A DNA stretch of 64,000 nucleotides from Candidatus Multivoradales bacterium (lineage in GTDB: Bacteria > Acidobacteriota > Thermoanaerobaculia > Multivoradales > JAHEKO01): the NCBI GenBank assembly GCA_965248055.1, contig CBDFIJ010000004.1, forward strand, positions 988,299-1,052,298. The letters are read 5' to 3'. The notes beneath the pieces are model-generated. The model was given only the letters and a program-made list of their open reading frames with translations, was not told the DNA's origin and did not search any database. Positions 9,516 through 20,370 of the stretch are shown one piece after another (the stretch's first letter is position 1; each line of letters starts with the position of its first letter). The position numbers were made by a program, and so were the translations under genes.

Positions 9516-11501
9516 GTGCGACCGCTACACCTGGGCTGCGCCGCTCTCAACCAAACGCCGCTCGACTGGACTGGCAATCGACGACGAATCGAACAGGCCA
9601 TCGAGGAAGCCCGACGCCGTGGGGTACGTGTTCTGTGCCTGCCGGAGTTGTCGATCTCCGGCTATGGCTGCGAGGATGCTTTCCTTTCGCGCCACGTTTC
9701 ACAAACCGCGCTTGAGGTGCTCGGCGAGATATTGCCCCAGACCCAAGGCATGGTGGTGGCGCTGACCATTCCTTTTTTCCACCGCCGTGCTCTCTACAAC
9801 ACCGCCTGCCTGGCGGTCGACGGTCGCGCGGTCGGATTGGTGGGCAAACAAAATCTGGCGGGAGATGGCGTCCACTACGAGCCACGCTGGTTCAAGCCCT
9901 GGCAACGCGGCGAGGCGGTCGATGTAGACGCTGGGCCGCTCGGCACCTTGCCACTGGGAGATCTGGTCTTCAACTGCGACGGTATTCGCATCGGTTTTGA
10001 AATTTGCGAAGACGCTTGGGTCGCCGACCGGACTGGAAGGCACTTAGCTGGGGATGTCGACTTGCTGCTCAATCCCAGTGCCAGCCACTTCGCTTTCGGC
10101 AAACAAACCATCCGGCGGCGTCAGGCCACCGAGGGATCCCGTGCCTTTGGGGTGGCCTACGTTTTCGCCAATCTGTTGGGCAATGAAGCCGGGCGAGCGC
10201 TCTACGATGGCGGCCTGTTGATTGCCAGCGAAGGCAAGCGGGTCGCCGAAGCAAGTCGCTTCTCCTATCAGGAAGTGGTGCTCGAGGACGCGGTGGTCGA
10301 CGTTGACGCCAACCGCATGGACATTGCTGAGCGCAGCCACCGCGAACAGGGCACAGGTGCCCGCTTGGTCTCGGTAGACACCACCCTTGTGGACGCCGAC
10401 CCGGGAGCTCTGACCCCCCCACTACCGGCGGTGGGCGATGACGACCGCCACTGGGAGTTCGAGTCGGCGATTGCTTTGGGACTCTTCGACTACTTGCGCA
10501 AAAGCCACTCTCAGGGGTATGTGGTGTCGCTGTCGGGAGGTGCCGATTCCACCGCCGTTTCCCTGCTGGCAGCGGCCTCGATCACCAAAGCCCTGAATGA
10601 ACTGGGCGGCGAGGAAGTCGCGAGTCGCCTCGGCTATTTGCCAAATCAACCCAAGAGCGAAGCACCCAAGGAGTGGGTGCGTCGTCTGCTCACCTGCGTC
10701 TACCAGGAAACGCGCAATAGTTCGCAGGCCACCGCCGACTCAGCGCGCATCATCGCTGAATCTCTGGGCGCGGTCTTTCATTCCTTCAACGTCGACACCG
10801 CAGTCGACTTCTACATGCAGCTCGGACAAGCAGCAGCCGGGCGAGACCTCACTTGGACCGACGATGACCTGGCACTGCAGAACATCCAAGCCCGTTCGCG
10901 AGGGCCCTCGGTTTGGCTTCTCGCCAACCTCAAATCGGCGCTACTGCTGGCGACCAGCAACCGTTCCGAGGCCGCGGTCGGCTACGCGACCATGGACGGC
11001 GATACCTGTGGCGGCTTGAGCCCGATTGGCGGCATCGACAAGGACTTCTTGCTCGATTGGCTGCGCGCCAAAGAATCTGAGATGCCGGAACTCGCAGCGG
11101 TGAATCGCCTCCAGCCGACTGCCGAGCTACGACCTCCCGGCTCAGGGCAAACCGACGAGTCAGACTTGATGCCGTATGCCATCCTGGAACAGATTGAGGA
11201 CGCTGCGATTCGCGATCGTCTGAGTCCGCTGGAGGCGTTTCGCAGTTTGCGTTCCAAAACGGAGATCGATGACGCCAGCTTGGCCGAGTACCTGACCCGT
11301 TTTTTCCGCTTGTGGTCGAGAAACCAATGGAAGCGAGAGCGTTACGCACCGTCCTTCCACGTCGACGACAAAAACCTCGACCCCAAGACTTGGTGCCGTT
11401 TTCCAATTCTTTCGGGCGGCTACCAGCGCGAGTTGCAGCAGCTCGCGAGCTACTTGGAATCTTCAAATGACTTGGAGTCTTCAAATAACAGTGACATCTG
11501 A
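9516..11501 (+). CDS. nadE: glutamine-dependent NAD+ synthetase (nitrilase domain + NAD synthase domain)
   Basis: N-terminal CN-hydrolase domain (LCLPELSISGYGCED; catalytic C in EICEDAW). C-terminal PP-loop domain SLSGGADS. GTG start 4 bp after pncB. Confidence 0.9.
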   Translation: MRPLHLGCAALNQTPLDWTGNRRRIEQAIEEARRRGVRVLCLPELSISGYGCEDAFLSRHVSQTALEVLGEILPQTQGMVVALTIPFFHRRALYNTACLAVDGRAVGLVGKQNLAGDGVHYEPRWFKPWQRGEAVDVDAGPLGTLPLGDLVFNCDGIRIGFEICEDAWVADRTGRHLAGDVDLLLNPSASHFAFGKQTIRRRQATEGSRAFGVAYVFANLLGNEAGRALYDGGLLIASEGKRVAEASRFSYQEVVLEDAVVDVDANRMDIAERSHREQGTGARLVSVDTTLVDADPGALTPPLPAVGDDDRHWEFESAIALGLFDYLRKSHSQGYVVSLSGGADSTAVSLLAAASITKALNELGGEEVASRLGYLPNQPKSEAPKEWVRRLLTCVYQETRNSSQATADSARIIAESLGAVFHSFNVDTAVDFYMQLGQAAAGRDLTWTDDDLALQNIQARSRGPSVWLLANLKSALLLATSNRSEAAVGYATMDGDTCGGLSPIGGIDKDFLLDWLRAKESEMPELAAVNRLQPTAELRPPGSGQTDESDLMPYAILEQIEDAAIRDRLSPLEAFRSLRSKTEIDDASLAEYLTRFFRLWSRNQWKRERYAPSFHVDDKNLDPKTWCRFPILSGGYQRELQQLASYLESSNDLESSNNSDI

Positions 11502-12565
11502 GGTGGCTCAGGGCGGTCCAGAGAGACCAGCCCAGAAGCGGTAACCCCGAGCAATCGCACGCCACGATCAGCAGCTTCGGAACGTTTGTAGAGCTGCCCG
11601 GTGGTCTCTGCGATCAGGTCGGCCGAAGCGGTCGGTGTCGACAGAGTCAGAGCGCGGGTGATGGTCTCAAAGTCTGGATAGCGCACCTTGATCGACAGGG
11701 TGCGCGCCGTCAGATCTCTTTTTTCCAAGCCCCTAGCGACTTTCTCAGCTAGGTTGGAAAGCTCCTCCAGCATGCCTTCGCGATCGTTCATGTCCTGACC
11801 GAAAGTCCGCTCACAGCTCAGACTTTTCCGCTTACGTTCTGTGGATACCAAACGATCATCTTCCCCGTTGGCGAATCGGTGTAAGACAGTACCGAACTTA
11901 CCGAATCGCTGCTCCAAGGCTGTGCGTTCGGTTTTCCTCAGCTGGCCGACGGTATGGAATCCGAGATCAATAATGCGGGCCTCAGTCGCCGGACCCACTC
12001 CGCGCAACGCCCGTACCGGCAGCGGATCCAAGAAGTTCTGCACTTGTTCGGGCTTCACCACAGTCAAGCCATCGGGCTTATCGTGATCGGAAGCGATCTT
12101 GGCAATCAATTTGTTTGGCCCCACGCCCACGCTGACGGTGAGGTCGAGTTGCTGCTGCACTCTGCGTCGAATTTCTTGCGCTACCGCGGTCGCCGAACCC
12201 CAAGGCTCCAGATGATCGCTGACATCCAAATAAGCTTCGTCGATCGACACCACCTGCACCAAAGGGGTGAACTCGCGAAAAATCGAAGTCACCTCCGCAG
12301 AGACCTTGCGATAACGAACAAAATCACTGCGCAAGAAGATCAACTGCGGGCACAATCGTAGTGCCCGAGCCGAAGGCATAGCAGAACGGACGCCAAAGGC
12401 TCGGGCCTCATAGCTTGCGGATGCAACTACTCCACGCCCCCCGGGGTCACCCCCGATGGCCACCGGTTTGCCGCGTAACGAAGGGTCATCGCGCTGATGA
12501 ACCGAAGCGTAGAAAGAATCCATATCGCAGTGCAGGATGCGACGTACTTGATCGCCTTTTTCCAT
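11450..12565 (-). CDS. dinB: DNA polymerase IV
   Basis: ILHCDMDSFYASV, SIDEAYLDV, and little-finger domain similarity. 3' end overlaps the nadE 3' end by 52 bp (convergent). Confidence 0.85.
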   Translation of the reverse strand: MEKGDQVRRILHCDMDSFYASVHQRDDPSLRGKPVAIGGDPGGRGVVASASYEARAFGVRSAMPSARALRLCPQLIFLRSDFVRYRKVSAEVTSIFREFTPLVQVVSIDEAYLDVSDHLEPWGSATAVAQEIRRRVQQQLDLTVSVGVGPNKLIAKIASDHDKPDGLTVVKPEQVQNFLDPLPVRALRGVGPATEARIIDLGFHTVGQLRKTERTALEQRFGKFGTVLHRFANGEDDRLVSTERKRKSLSCERTFGQDMNDREGMLEELSNLAEKVARGLEKRDLTARTLSIKVRYPDFETITRALTLSTPTASADLIAETTGQLYKRSEAADRGVRLLGVTASGLVSLDRPEPPQMSLLFEDSKSFEDSK

Positions 12566-12766
12566 CGCCTAACTCTACGGTAGATGTGTCATAGGTCACA
12601 CTACCCGGCGGCCCGTTCAGCCGACAATCTCACAAAGAAAATCGCGGCCTGGATGGTGAGTTCAGTTGGCATCACAATTCCTTCCAGCATATTTGTCGAA
12701 CTCAATCCGATCTATTACTCTGTCCCGATGTTCTTGAACGCAAAGGATCCCCGATAGGATAGATCC

Positions 12767-14035
12767 ATGTCGAGTGAGATTCCGACGGACACCGCCGTGG
12801 AGCCGACACCGTGGTACAGAAGGCCACGTTTTCTGGGTATCCTCGCCATCGTTGCGGTCGCAATCATCGTCGGCTCGTATCTCCGCCAGCACCCTGGCAC
12901 CGGGCGGATTCTGGCACAGGACATAGAAGTCGCCGCTGTTCACCGAGGTGAGTTCGTGAATGAACTCTCGACTTTATGTGATTTTCAACCGAACTCATCT
13001 TTCAAGCTCGATACGGCCGACGGAGGCCGCGTCGTAATACAGTATGTTGAAGCCAGCGCGGTGGTTGACAAAAACCAGTCGATCTTGCTGCTAGACAATC
13101 CTGAACTTGAATCCGAGCTAATGAGGCGCACCGCCGAACACCTGGAGCATTTGAGCGCCCTTGCCACGCTTCAGCTAGAGTTCGAGAGACTCGATCTGGA
13201 GATTAACGAGCGGCTCATCAGCCTTGAAGCTGCAGTCAGACAAAGAAGTGAGACACACAATAGGCTGACCAAACTCGTGGTAGCCGGACTCGTCGCGCAG
13301 TCCGACTTTGAAGAGTCTGAAAACGAAATCGCGCGACTGACACATTTGATAGAAACGGTCCAAATTTCGAAAAGGCGTACTCACCAAGTACGGGATCGCC
13401 AGCTCGAAAGTACTGAGCAGTCGGCCGAAGCGCTCAAAGGCCAACTTGAGAGAATTCAGCGGCGAATAGACGCGCTGCAGATTCGAGCGCCTGCACCGGG
13501 GCTCCTGGCATTGATCGATGTGCTGCCCGGGCAACAATTGCAGCCCGGGGCTGAAATTGGAGAGGTGTACACTGAGGGAGATTTTTCCATCCGCTGCGCT
13601 ATCGATGAGAGGTACCTTCAGGATATTGAAGTCGCCACAACCAAAGCTGAGCTGGGTACGCCAGAACACTCATACCAGCTTGGAGTCACTAGCGTTTTTC
13701 CGACCGTGACCAACGGGCGTTTCGTGGCCGAGTTGGGGTTTCTTGGTGATCGGCCCGAAAAGATGAGCAAAGGACAATCCGCTCGCCTCCGCATCGCGCT
13801 GCGTTCAGCGGGTGAGCGCCTGCTACTGCCAGTTGGAGACTACCTCCGAGAATCTGGAGGAACCTGGGTTTTCGTCCAGCAAGGCGACCAGGGTACCGCA
13901 GTCAAGAGAGACGTACGCATGGGCAAGCGCAACAGTTCTTCGGTTGAGGTTCTTGGTGGGTTAGATGAGAAAGAGTTAGTCATCATCTCCAGTTACGCCA
14001 ATCTGACGCAGTTTGAAACTCTAGAGATCGACTGA
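12767..14035 (+). CDS. HlyD-family membrane fusion / periplasmic adaptor protein
   Basis: N-terminal TM helix, long coiled-coil region, C-terminal beta-barrel-like segment. Precedes the MacB-like ABC pair. Confidence 0.7.
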   Translation: MSSEIPTDTAVEPTPWYRRPRFLGILAIVAVAIIVGSYLRQHPGTGRILAQDIEVAAVHRGEFVNELSTLCDFQPNSSFKLDTADGGRVVIQYVEASAVVDKNQSILLLDNPELESELMRRTAEHLEHLSALATLQLEFERLDLEINERLISLEAAVRQRSETHNRLTKLVVAGLVAQSDFEESENEIARLTHLIETVQISKRRTHQVRDRQLESTEQSAEALKGQLERIQRRIDALQIRAPAPGLLALIDVLPGQQLQPGAEIGEVYTEGDFSIRCAIDERYLQDIEVATTKAELGTPEHSYQLGVTSVFPTVTNGRFVAELGFLGDRPEKMSKGQSARLRIALRSAGERLLLPVGDYLRESGGTWVFVQQGDQGTAVKRDVRMGKRNSSSVEVLGGLDEKELVIISSYANLTQFETLEID

Positions 14036-14051
14036 CGCAAGGGAGCGGCTA

Positions 14052-14732
14052 ATGATACAAACCGACCAGCTTACTCGGATCTATCACACAAAATATGTAG
14101 AGACCGCTGCCCTACAGCAAGTCAGTCTCGACATTAGTGAAGGAGAGTTCGTCTCACTAATGGGCCCATCTGGCTCAGGGAAATCAACTCTACTGCGCAT
14201 TCTCGGGCTTCTCGATCAGGCTACCTCGGGAAGCTATCTGTTAGATGGCTCAGAGACGGTTGACCTTTCGCCAGCGTCAAGACACAAGATAAGGCTCGGC
14301 ACAATTTCTTTCGTGTTTCAGGATTTCTGCCTGATTGATGATCTCACCATCGCGCAGAACGTTAGTCTTCCCTTGCGCTATCAAGGAGTGGCGCGGGAAG
14401 CGATTCGCGACAAGGTCGAAGCCACAATAAGCTCAGTCGGGATCTCGCACAGACAGCGACACTTTCCCTCTCAATTGTCTGGCGGCGAACAACAGCGAGC
14501 CGCGATTGCCCGCGCCTTGGTGACCGAACCCAAGCTACTTCTGGCCGATGAGCCTACCGGCAATCTAGATCAACAGACCGGCCTAACCGTACTCGAACTG
14601 CTTAGCGACCTAAACACCAGCGGTTGCACAGTCGCCATGGCAACCCATTCCCAAGAATGTGCCGCTTTTAGCTCGCGCGTAGTTACACTAAAAGACGGCC
14701 GTGTCGCGGCGGATACAGGTCAGAGTGAATAG
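14052..14732 (+). CDS. ABC transporter ATP-binding protein (MacB/LolD family)
   Basis: [36 protein letters not shown]. Confidence 0.85.
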   Translation: MIQTDQLTRIYHTKYVETAALQQVSLDISEGEFVSLMGPSGSGKSTLLRILGLLDQATSGSYLLDGSETVDLSPASRHKIRLGTISFVFQDFCLIDDLTIAQNVSLPLRYQGVAREAIRDKVEATISSVGISHRQRHFPSQLSGGEQQRAAIARALVTEPKLLLADEPTGNLDQQTGLTVLELLSDLNTSGCTVAMATHSQECAAFSSRVVTLKDGRVAADTGQSE

Positions 14733-17088
14733 GTTCGAACTCAACACCGCTCTGAAGAGCTTGGTCAGAAACTGGCCTTCTACCGTCTTGAGCATGGTCG
14801 TTCTCGGAGTATGTAGCGCAGCTTTCTTCCTCGTGGCGTTCTTCGCGATTCGTGAGTATTCATACGAACGATGGTTACCCGGCTACAGACAAATCTACCG
14901 AATCTGGCTTGAGCTAGAGGAACCCGGCGAACCGCTTCGAGTAGCTGTCACCCCAGTACCTCTCGGCCCAACCGTTGCGGAGCAAGCCCCGCAAGTAGAA
15001 AGCTACACTAGGCTTTTGAAATATCCTCGACGACCAGTACTCGTTGAAGCTGGCGGGCTCAGATTTTTTGAAGAAGAAAACTTCTTCACCACTGATCAGA
15101 GCTTCTTTGATGTCTTTCGAATCTCGCTTGTCCGCGGTGACACACCTACCGCGCTAACCGGTAGCGACTCCCTGGTGATTACTGATCGTGCAGCCTTCAA
15201 GTACTTTGGAACACTCGACTGCGTCGGGCGAACGATGCTGCTTAACAAAGAAGACCTCAAGACTGTTACGGGAGTGATGTCCTCGCGACAAGGACCCACC
15301 CATCTTGTTTACGACTTTCTGGCGAAGCATCCTCCGGACCCTGCGCCCAACTGGTACCAGTTCAAAGCACGCACCTATGTTCGGTTTGCTCAGGAAGACA
15401 ATCGCGGCAGGGTGACGGACATTTTGCGCAGGATTGAACTCGACAAATACGGAGTCGACGCGTCCGACTACCACTACCATCTCCAGCCAATCGATGAGAT
15501 CCATCTCAATTCCAATTTCTTGGGAGAATTCCCCGGAGCTGGATCTGCTGCGACAGTACGTACTGCGATCTGGGCAGCGTTGATATTCCTCGCCCTCGGA
15601 GCCACCAATTTCGCTGTCTTCGAGGCCGTACGCCAGAGTACTCGAGCCAAGGAAACGGTGATTCGAGTTGTTAACGGAGCCTCCAGTCGTCAAGTATTGG
15701 CTCAAGCTATCGTCGAAGGGCTAATCGTTGCATCGATTAGCGTACTAATCGGCCTGTTCGTTTATTGGGTGGGTGGATTTCGTCTGATCGGCCTGCCAGA
15801 AGCCAAGTTCCAGCTGCTTGCCAGCCAGGAAAGCTGGTGGATTCTCGGAGCTATTGGCTTGGTTATAGCAGTGGTCGTGTTGGCGGCCTCCATCTATCCA
15901 GCCTACGTGGCCCTTAAGGTCGATCTTTCCGGGGTGACCAAGGGGACCTGGAGAAAACGCTCGGGACGTCTATCGATTCGACGATTTCTAGTAGGCGTGC
16001 AATTACTGATCGCTTTTGTCCTCGTCTTTGCCAGCTTCAGATTAACCTCGCAGGCCCATCAGCTCTCTCAGCTCTCTGTCGGTTTCTCAACTGCAGGCCT
16101 GATGGAGGTAGAGCTTCCGCGCAGCACGCAGATCAGCACCCAAAACCTGCGCGACCTAGTGGGTCGAGACCCGCTCGTAACTAAAGCGTCTTTGGTCTCC
16201 CAAGCCCCGGGTAGTGCTCTCAGAAAAGCGTCATTCATACCGGAAGGCAACGGTGCCGAGCACGTTATGGCCAGCGTCCTTTGGGGTGACGAGTATCTGC
16301 CAATGGTCATGGAACTCAAGCAAGTGGCCGGCCAGAGTTTTGGTGTTGACTCCCAAGCAAATAGAGAGTCGGCATTCATCATCAATGAAAAAGCAGCATC
16401 TATTTTTGGCTGGGAGAATGCTGTTGGAAAGCGACTCACACTAGATTCTGATGAAGACACCCTGGAGGGATCGGTGGTTGGCACGGTGGCAGATTTTCAT
16501 TTCGGCTCAGTTGTCGAAGTTATCGACCCGATCGTGATCATGTACGCACCTGACAAGGCACAGAAAATTTTGCTACGAACCAAGCCAAATACCAGTGATC
16601 CAAAAGCAGTACTCGAAGCGATATGGAGACAAGCGATCCCCGGCGAACCTCTGAGAGCAATCGACACGTCCGCCAAACTCGACAATCTCAATCAGTCCAA
16701 TCACCAACTGGCGCGTGCAGGGAAACTTGTCGCCAGTAGCGCTAGCCTAGTTGCCGCACTCGGCCTCGTGGCGCTGATCGCGGTGTTGCTTACCGCCAAG
16801 ACTCGTGAAATCTCTATACGCAGGCTATGCGGAGCCTCGCAGGAGCGCCTGATCGCAACCCTAGCTGGCAAACTGGGCCTCTTGGTCGCGATTGTCGGAG
16901 TTATTGCGATACCAATTGGCTCTCAACTAGTCTCACAAGTGAACGAAATCGTCGAATCCGAAGTGAAGGTCCTGATCGTTGGGTACTTTCTGGTAATTGG
17001 ACTGTTCGAGGCACTGCTCGTTGCAACAACAGCCTTATTTCTATGGAGGCGGAGGGATCGTTCGATTGTTGACGGTTTCATGGATTAA
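14725..17088 (+). CDS. FtsX-family ABC transporter permease (MacB-type, two FtsX domains)
   Basis: 795-aa ORF with two multi-TM FtsX-like blocks. Start set at GTG 14725, which overlaps the ATPase stop by 8 bp. The ORF-track start is 14701. Confidence 0.7.
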   Translation: MNRFELNTALKSLVRNWPSTVLSMVVLGVCSAAFFLVAFFAIREYSYERWLPGYRQIYRIWLELEEPGEPLRVAVTPVPLGPTVAEQAPQVESYTRLLKYPRRPVLVEAGGLRFFEEENFFTTDQSFFDVFRISLVRGDTPTALTGSDSLVITDRAAFKYFGTLDCVGRTMLLNKEDLKTVTGVMSSRQGPTHLVYDFLAKHPPDPAPNWYQFKARTYVRFAQEDNRGRVTDILRRIELDKYGVDASDYHYHLQPIDEIHLNSNFLGEFPGAGSAATVRTAIWAALIFLALGATNFAVFEAVRQSTRAKETVIRVVNGASSRQVLAQAIVEGLIVASISVLIGLFVYWVGGFRLIGLPEAKFQLLASQESWWILGAIGLVIAVVVLAASIYPAYVALKVDLSGVTKGTWRKRSGRLSIRRFLVGVQLLIAFVLVFASFRLTSQAHQLSQLSVGFSTAGLMEVELPRSTQISTQNLRDLVGRDPLVTKASLVSQAPGSALRKASFIPEGNGAEHVMASVLWGDEYLPMVMELKQVAGQSFGVDSQANRESAFIINEKAASIFGWENAVGKRLTLDSDEDTLEGSVVGTVADFHFGSVVEVIDPIVIMYAPDKAQKILLRTKPNTSDPKAVLEAIWRQAIPGEPLRAIDTSAKLDNLNQSNHQLARAGKLVASSASLVAALGLVALIAVLLTAKTREISIRRLCGASQERLIATLAGKLGLLVAIVGVIAIPIGSQLVSQVNEIVESEVKVLIVGYFLVIGLFEALLVATTALFLWRRRDRSIVDGFMD

Positions 17089-17284
17089 GCACTACTACCA
17101 AGGTGTTACACCTTGATTTGGCGTTACAAATTGAAGGCTAACCCCATCCACCGGGCAATTATCGGAAGCGAAGCATACGAGAATTTGACTTGCGCTGGGA
17201 AAAAGCCTACATTTGAAGCGTTAGTTAACAGAGGGCGTTGGATTGAGTCGCCGAGTCGTCCTCGCAACGAAAGGAGAACGACCA

Positions 17285-17365
17285 ATGCTCACACTTATCA
17301 CGATGGTTCTTACCGCCGATCACGAGACTGCCGGATCCGACGCCAAGGGTGGTGTCGAACTCTAG
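17285..17365 (+). CDS. small ORF (26 aa, MLTLITMVLTADHETAGSDAKGGVEL) with a strong Shine-Dalgarno sequence
   Basis: AAAGGAGA sits 7 nt upstream of the ATG. The ORF lies between the efflux operon and the next gene in an otherwise non-coding ~750-bp stretch. Confidence 0.3.
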   Translation: MLTLITMVLTADHETAGSDAKGGVEL

Positions 17366-17854
17366 GCGAGTACGGTTCGATTTTCTCTAGTTCCTGCGTC
17401 TAGGAACTCATCGGCTTGGCGCCACCGGAGACCTCTTTTGAGTTGTATCTCTGGAACCCCACCGTTTGGCGCTGATTTACCGCGAGAAATTTCTCCGCCA
17501 GCGATGGCCTCTACCTCCACGCCGATCTCGCCGACTTTGAGAAGCGACTCCAGCCCGCTTCCTTTGATCGGCTGTGGCTTCTGATTACAGTCCTGAGCAG
17601 GTCACATTCTGCGCCAGTCGTTCACAGACTACCAGTAGGATTTCAGGGGGATCCATTGGACAACTGCGCGAAGGATTACCGCGCGTACGTCTTGGCCGCG
17701 CCCATATTCTGGATTGGCCCTAAGCCATCCGACATCCTCAATGATCGAGTGAGCAGTACTGCAACCCCGCCCACAGATGACCGAGGATCAATACAGCTGA
17801 ACCGAGAACTAAGATTGTTGTCATGGCTATAGTTTACGCCTTTTTTGCGCCCTC

Positions 17855-18958
17855 GTGCAACACCCTCCCTGTGGACTAGATATATTGTGTTTCACAGCCG
17901 CTTTTCGAAGAACTAGTTTTGCAATAGTTGGTTCTTTGACGATTGCATTCTGGGCTGAGCTCCTGGATGCTGCGGAGAACGCGCCGATCGATCAGACTAG
18001 TGCGCCGTCGTCGACCTCAAACGATAGTGAGTTCATTGAGGCCATCACGGTGCGTGAAACCTCAATCATTCTGCGCAAGTCGGTATCGCGAGAGGATCTG
18101 ATAGTTAGCGTTGGAGGACGTGTTCTCACCCAAACCTCCACTTTGACGCTAAATTCGGGTGATCTTCCGGTCTCGATTTACGTCAACCACTGCAATACTG
18201 ATTTAACTGGCGTTACCCGAGGTCTAGGGATGCTACAGGCGCTGGCGCCGCAGCTCTCCGCGTTCGGCCCGACGACCGTGTGGTCGGCAGGAGCATCTCT
18301 CGTTCAACTGGCTGCACCTGCTACGACTCCAGAACGAATCGTGTGGTTGATAAATGACCTCGTGGGTTTCACTCCGAAGCTCTGTTCGGCATCAGCAGGC
18401 GATTCAGCGATCCTGGCCAATGCAATCGATAAGTTGCCTTTGCAGGACCCGCACCGTCTTGTCTTCCTCTTGGGCTTCTTTGAGAACGAACTCTACAATC
18501 CTAGTTTGAAAGAGCTGAGCCAAACGATTTCCGCGCGAGGCTTGATCCCAGTGATAATCGCTCCGAGCGCCACTAGCCAGCCTTTAGAGAGTACGGACGT
18601 GCGACCCAGCATTATGGATCCGGACCCTAAACCGCCCGTGTTCAACTTAAACAATTTTCTGGTTTGGCTGTTTAGTCGTGAGAAAGACACCAGGCTCAAG
18701 AACGATCCGCGCATCTATGACCATGCCCTCGATCCCCGTTACCAAACAATGCGTGCCTTCATCGGCCCAACCGATGGCCGGATAGTTAACCATCACGAGC
18801 AATTGGAGAACTTCGTTGCCTCGCTTCAGCAGGCCACTGTGGTCCATTTCAGCCTTCCAGAAGGCCTACCCCTGGACACTCCACTGCCCTTGCGCGTTAT
18901 CGACGCACGCCGGGGTCGGGATGTTTCGCGAAGAAAGTGGTTAGCCGTCTTACGATGA
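17855..18958 (+). CDS. hypothetical protein (start uncertain)
   Basis: 367-aa ORF with lower GC than the flanks. No recognisable motifs. Confidence 0.4.
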   Translation: MQHPPCGLDILCFTAAFRRTSFAIVGSLTIAFWAELLDAAENAPIDQTSAPSSTSNDSEFIEAITVRETSIILRKSVSREDLIVSVGGRVLTQTSTLTLNSGDLPVSIYVNHCNTDLTGVTRGLGMLQALAPQLSAFGPTTVWSAGASLVQLAAPATTPERIVWLINDLVGFTPKLCSASAGDSAILANAIDKLPLQDPHRLVFLLGFFENELYNPSLKELSQTISARGLIPVIIAPSATSQPLESTDVRPSIMDPDPKPPVFNLNNFLVWLFSREKDTRLKNDPRIYDHALDPRYQTMRAFIGPTDGRIVNHHEQLENFVASLQQATVVHFSLPEGLPLDTPLPLRVIDARRGRDVSRRKWLAVLR

Positions 18959-18978
18959 CATTGGTATAGCACCTCGCG

Positions 18979-20370
18979 CTACCCTTCTCCGGTCTGACTC
19001 CAGGGATCCAGAGCCTCGCTGAGATCCTCCGGCGACATCACCTGCTGTTCCAAACACAGCGCGCGGATGGTCTTGCCGCTAGCGTAGGCCTCCTTGGCGA
19101 TTGCCGCGGCGCGGTCGTAGCCGATCTTGGGTACCAGCGCGGTGACCATCGCCAGCGACTTTTCGACCATCTCGGTGGCGCGCTCTCGATCCGCTTTGAG
19201 ATTGTCAACACAACGCTCGGCGAGCAACCGCGACGCACTGGCCAGAATTTCGACCGACTGCAGCAAGTTGTAGCCGATTACCGGCATCATCACGTTGAGT
19301 TCAAAGTTACCCGATAGACCGCCCAAAGCAATGGTGGCGTCATTGCCGATCACCTGCGCTGCGACCATCAACACCGACTCCGGGATCACCGGATTCACTT
19401 TGCCGGGCATGATTGAGGACCCCGGCTGCAAGCTGGGGAGGACCAACTCACCCAGTCCGCAACGCGGACCCGATCCCAACCAGCGTAGGTCGTTGGCGAT
19501 CTTGGTCAGCGAAACAGCGATGCCGCGCAACGTTCCGGAGGCATCCACCGCCGCGTCCTTGGCGGCCAGTGCTTCGAATTTGTTCGGAGCCGGGACAAAC
19601 GGATGCCCGGTGCGCCCCGCGATCCGTTCAATCGCCGCGTCGGCAAATCCAGCTGGGGCATTAAGACCGGTGCCAACCGCGGTTCCACCCAACGCCAATT
19701 CCGCCAACAGCCGCAGCGACTCCTCCAGACGGGTGATGCCGTTGCGAATCTGGCGCTCATAACCGGAGAACTCCTGCCCCAGACGAACCGGAACTGCATC
19801 TTGCAAGTGGGTGCGGCCGATCTTGACGATGCTGTCGAACTCGGTCGCCTTGGCAGCCAGAGAAGTCGCCAAGATCGACAACGACGGCAACAAGTCTTCA
19901 GCGATCGCTCCATAGGCAGAAACGTGAATCGCCGTGGGAATCGTGTCATTCGACGATTGGCCCCGATTAACATGATCGTTCGGGTGGACCGGGGTTTTGC
20001 TACCCACCACGCCACCGAGAATTTCGATCGCCCGATTGGCGATCACCTCATTGGTGTTCATGTTGGTCGAGGTCCCGGAGCCGGTCTGAAAAATATCCAG
20101 TGGAAAATGCTCGTCGAGCTTGCCTGCGATGACCTCCTCGGCAGCTTCAATAATTGCTTTGGCTAGGTCTGGCTCGAGATCACCGCGCTGCAGGTGAACT
20201 TCCGCTGCCGACACCTTAATGGTGCCCATAGCCGCGACAAAGCGGCGTGGAAAGCGCAGCCCGCTGACCGGGAAATTGAGCCTCGCTCGCTCCGTTTGGG
20301 CCCCGTAGTACTTATCAGAAGCGACTTCCATTTCACCCAGACTGTCTCTTTCGATTCTCGTATTACTCAT
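18979..20370 (-). CDS. aspA: aspartate ammonia-lyase (aspartase/fumarase superfamily)
   Basis: Signature [15 protein letters not shown]. The C-terminal half tracks Bacillus-type aspartase ([21 protein letters not shown] ... LNPY-like end). Also has YYGAQT and [20 protein letters not shown]. Start overlaps the carB stop (ATGA). Confidence 0.7.
   Translation of the reverse strand: MSNTRIERDSLGEMEVASDKYYGAQTERARLNFPVSGLRFPRRFVAAMGTIKVSAAEVHLQRGDLEPDLAKAIIEAAEEVIAGKLDEHFPLDIFQTGSGTSTNMNTNEVIANRAIEILGGVVGSKTPVHPNDHVNRGQSSNDTIPTAIHVSAYGAIAEDLLPSLSILATSLAAKATEFDSIVKIGRTHLQDAVPVRLGQEFSGYERQIRNGITRLEESLRLLAELALGGTAVGTGLNAPAGFADAAIERIAGRTGHPFVPAPNKFEALAAKDAAVDASGTLRGIAVSLTKIANDLRWLGSGPRCGLGELVLPSLQPGSSIMPGKVNPVIPESVLMVAAQVIGNDATIALGGLSGNFELNVMMPVIGYNLLQSVEILASASRLLAERCVDNLKADRERATEMVEKSLAMVTALVPKIGYDRAAAIAKEAYASGKTIRALCLEQQVMSPEDLSEALDPWSQTGEG

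Noticed and set aside
17113-17403. 96-aa TTG-start ORF in the 17.1-17.9 kb gap
   Set aside because: No RBS, unusual composition, and it overlaps the better-supported 26-codon ORF in another frame. The region is more likely non-coding.
18979-20370. Initial call of class II fumarate hydratase (fumC)
   Set aside because: The C-terminal half, including the SS-loop context [21 protein letters not shown] and the end of the protein, tracks aspartase rather than FumC ([16 protein letters not shown]). It is retained as the aspartase/fumarase superfamily with aspartase favoured.
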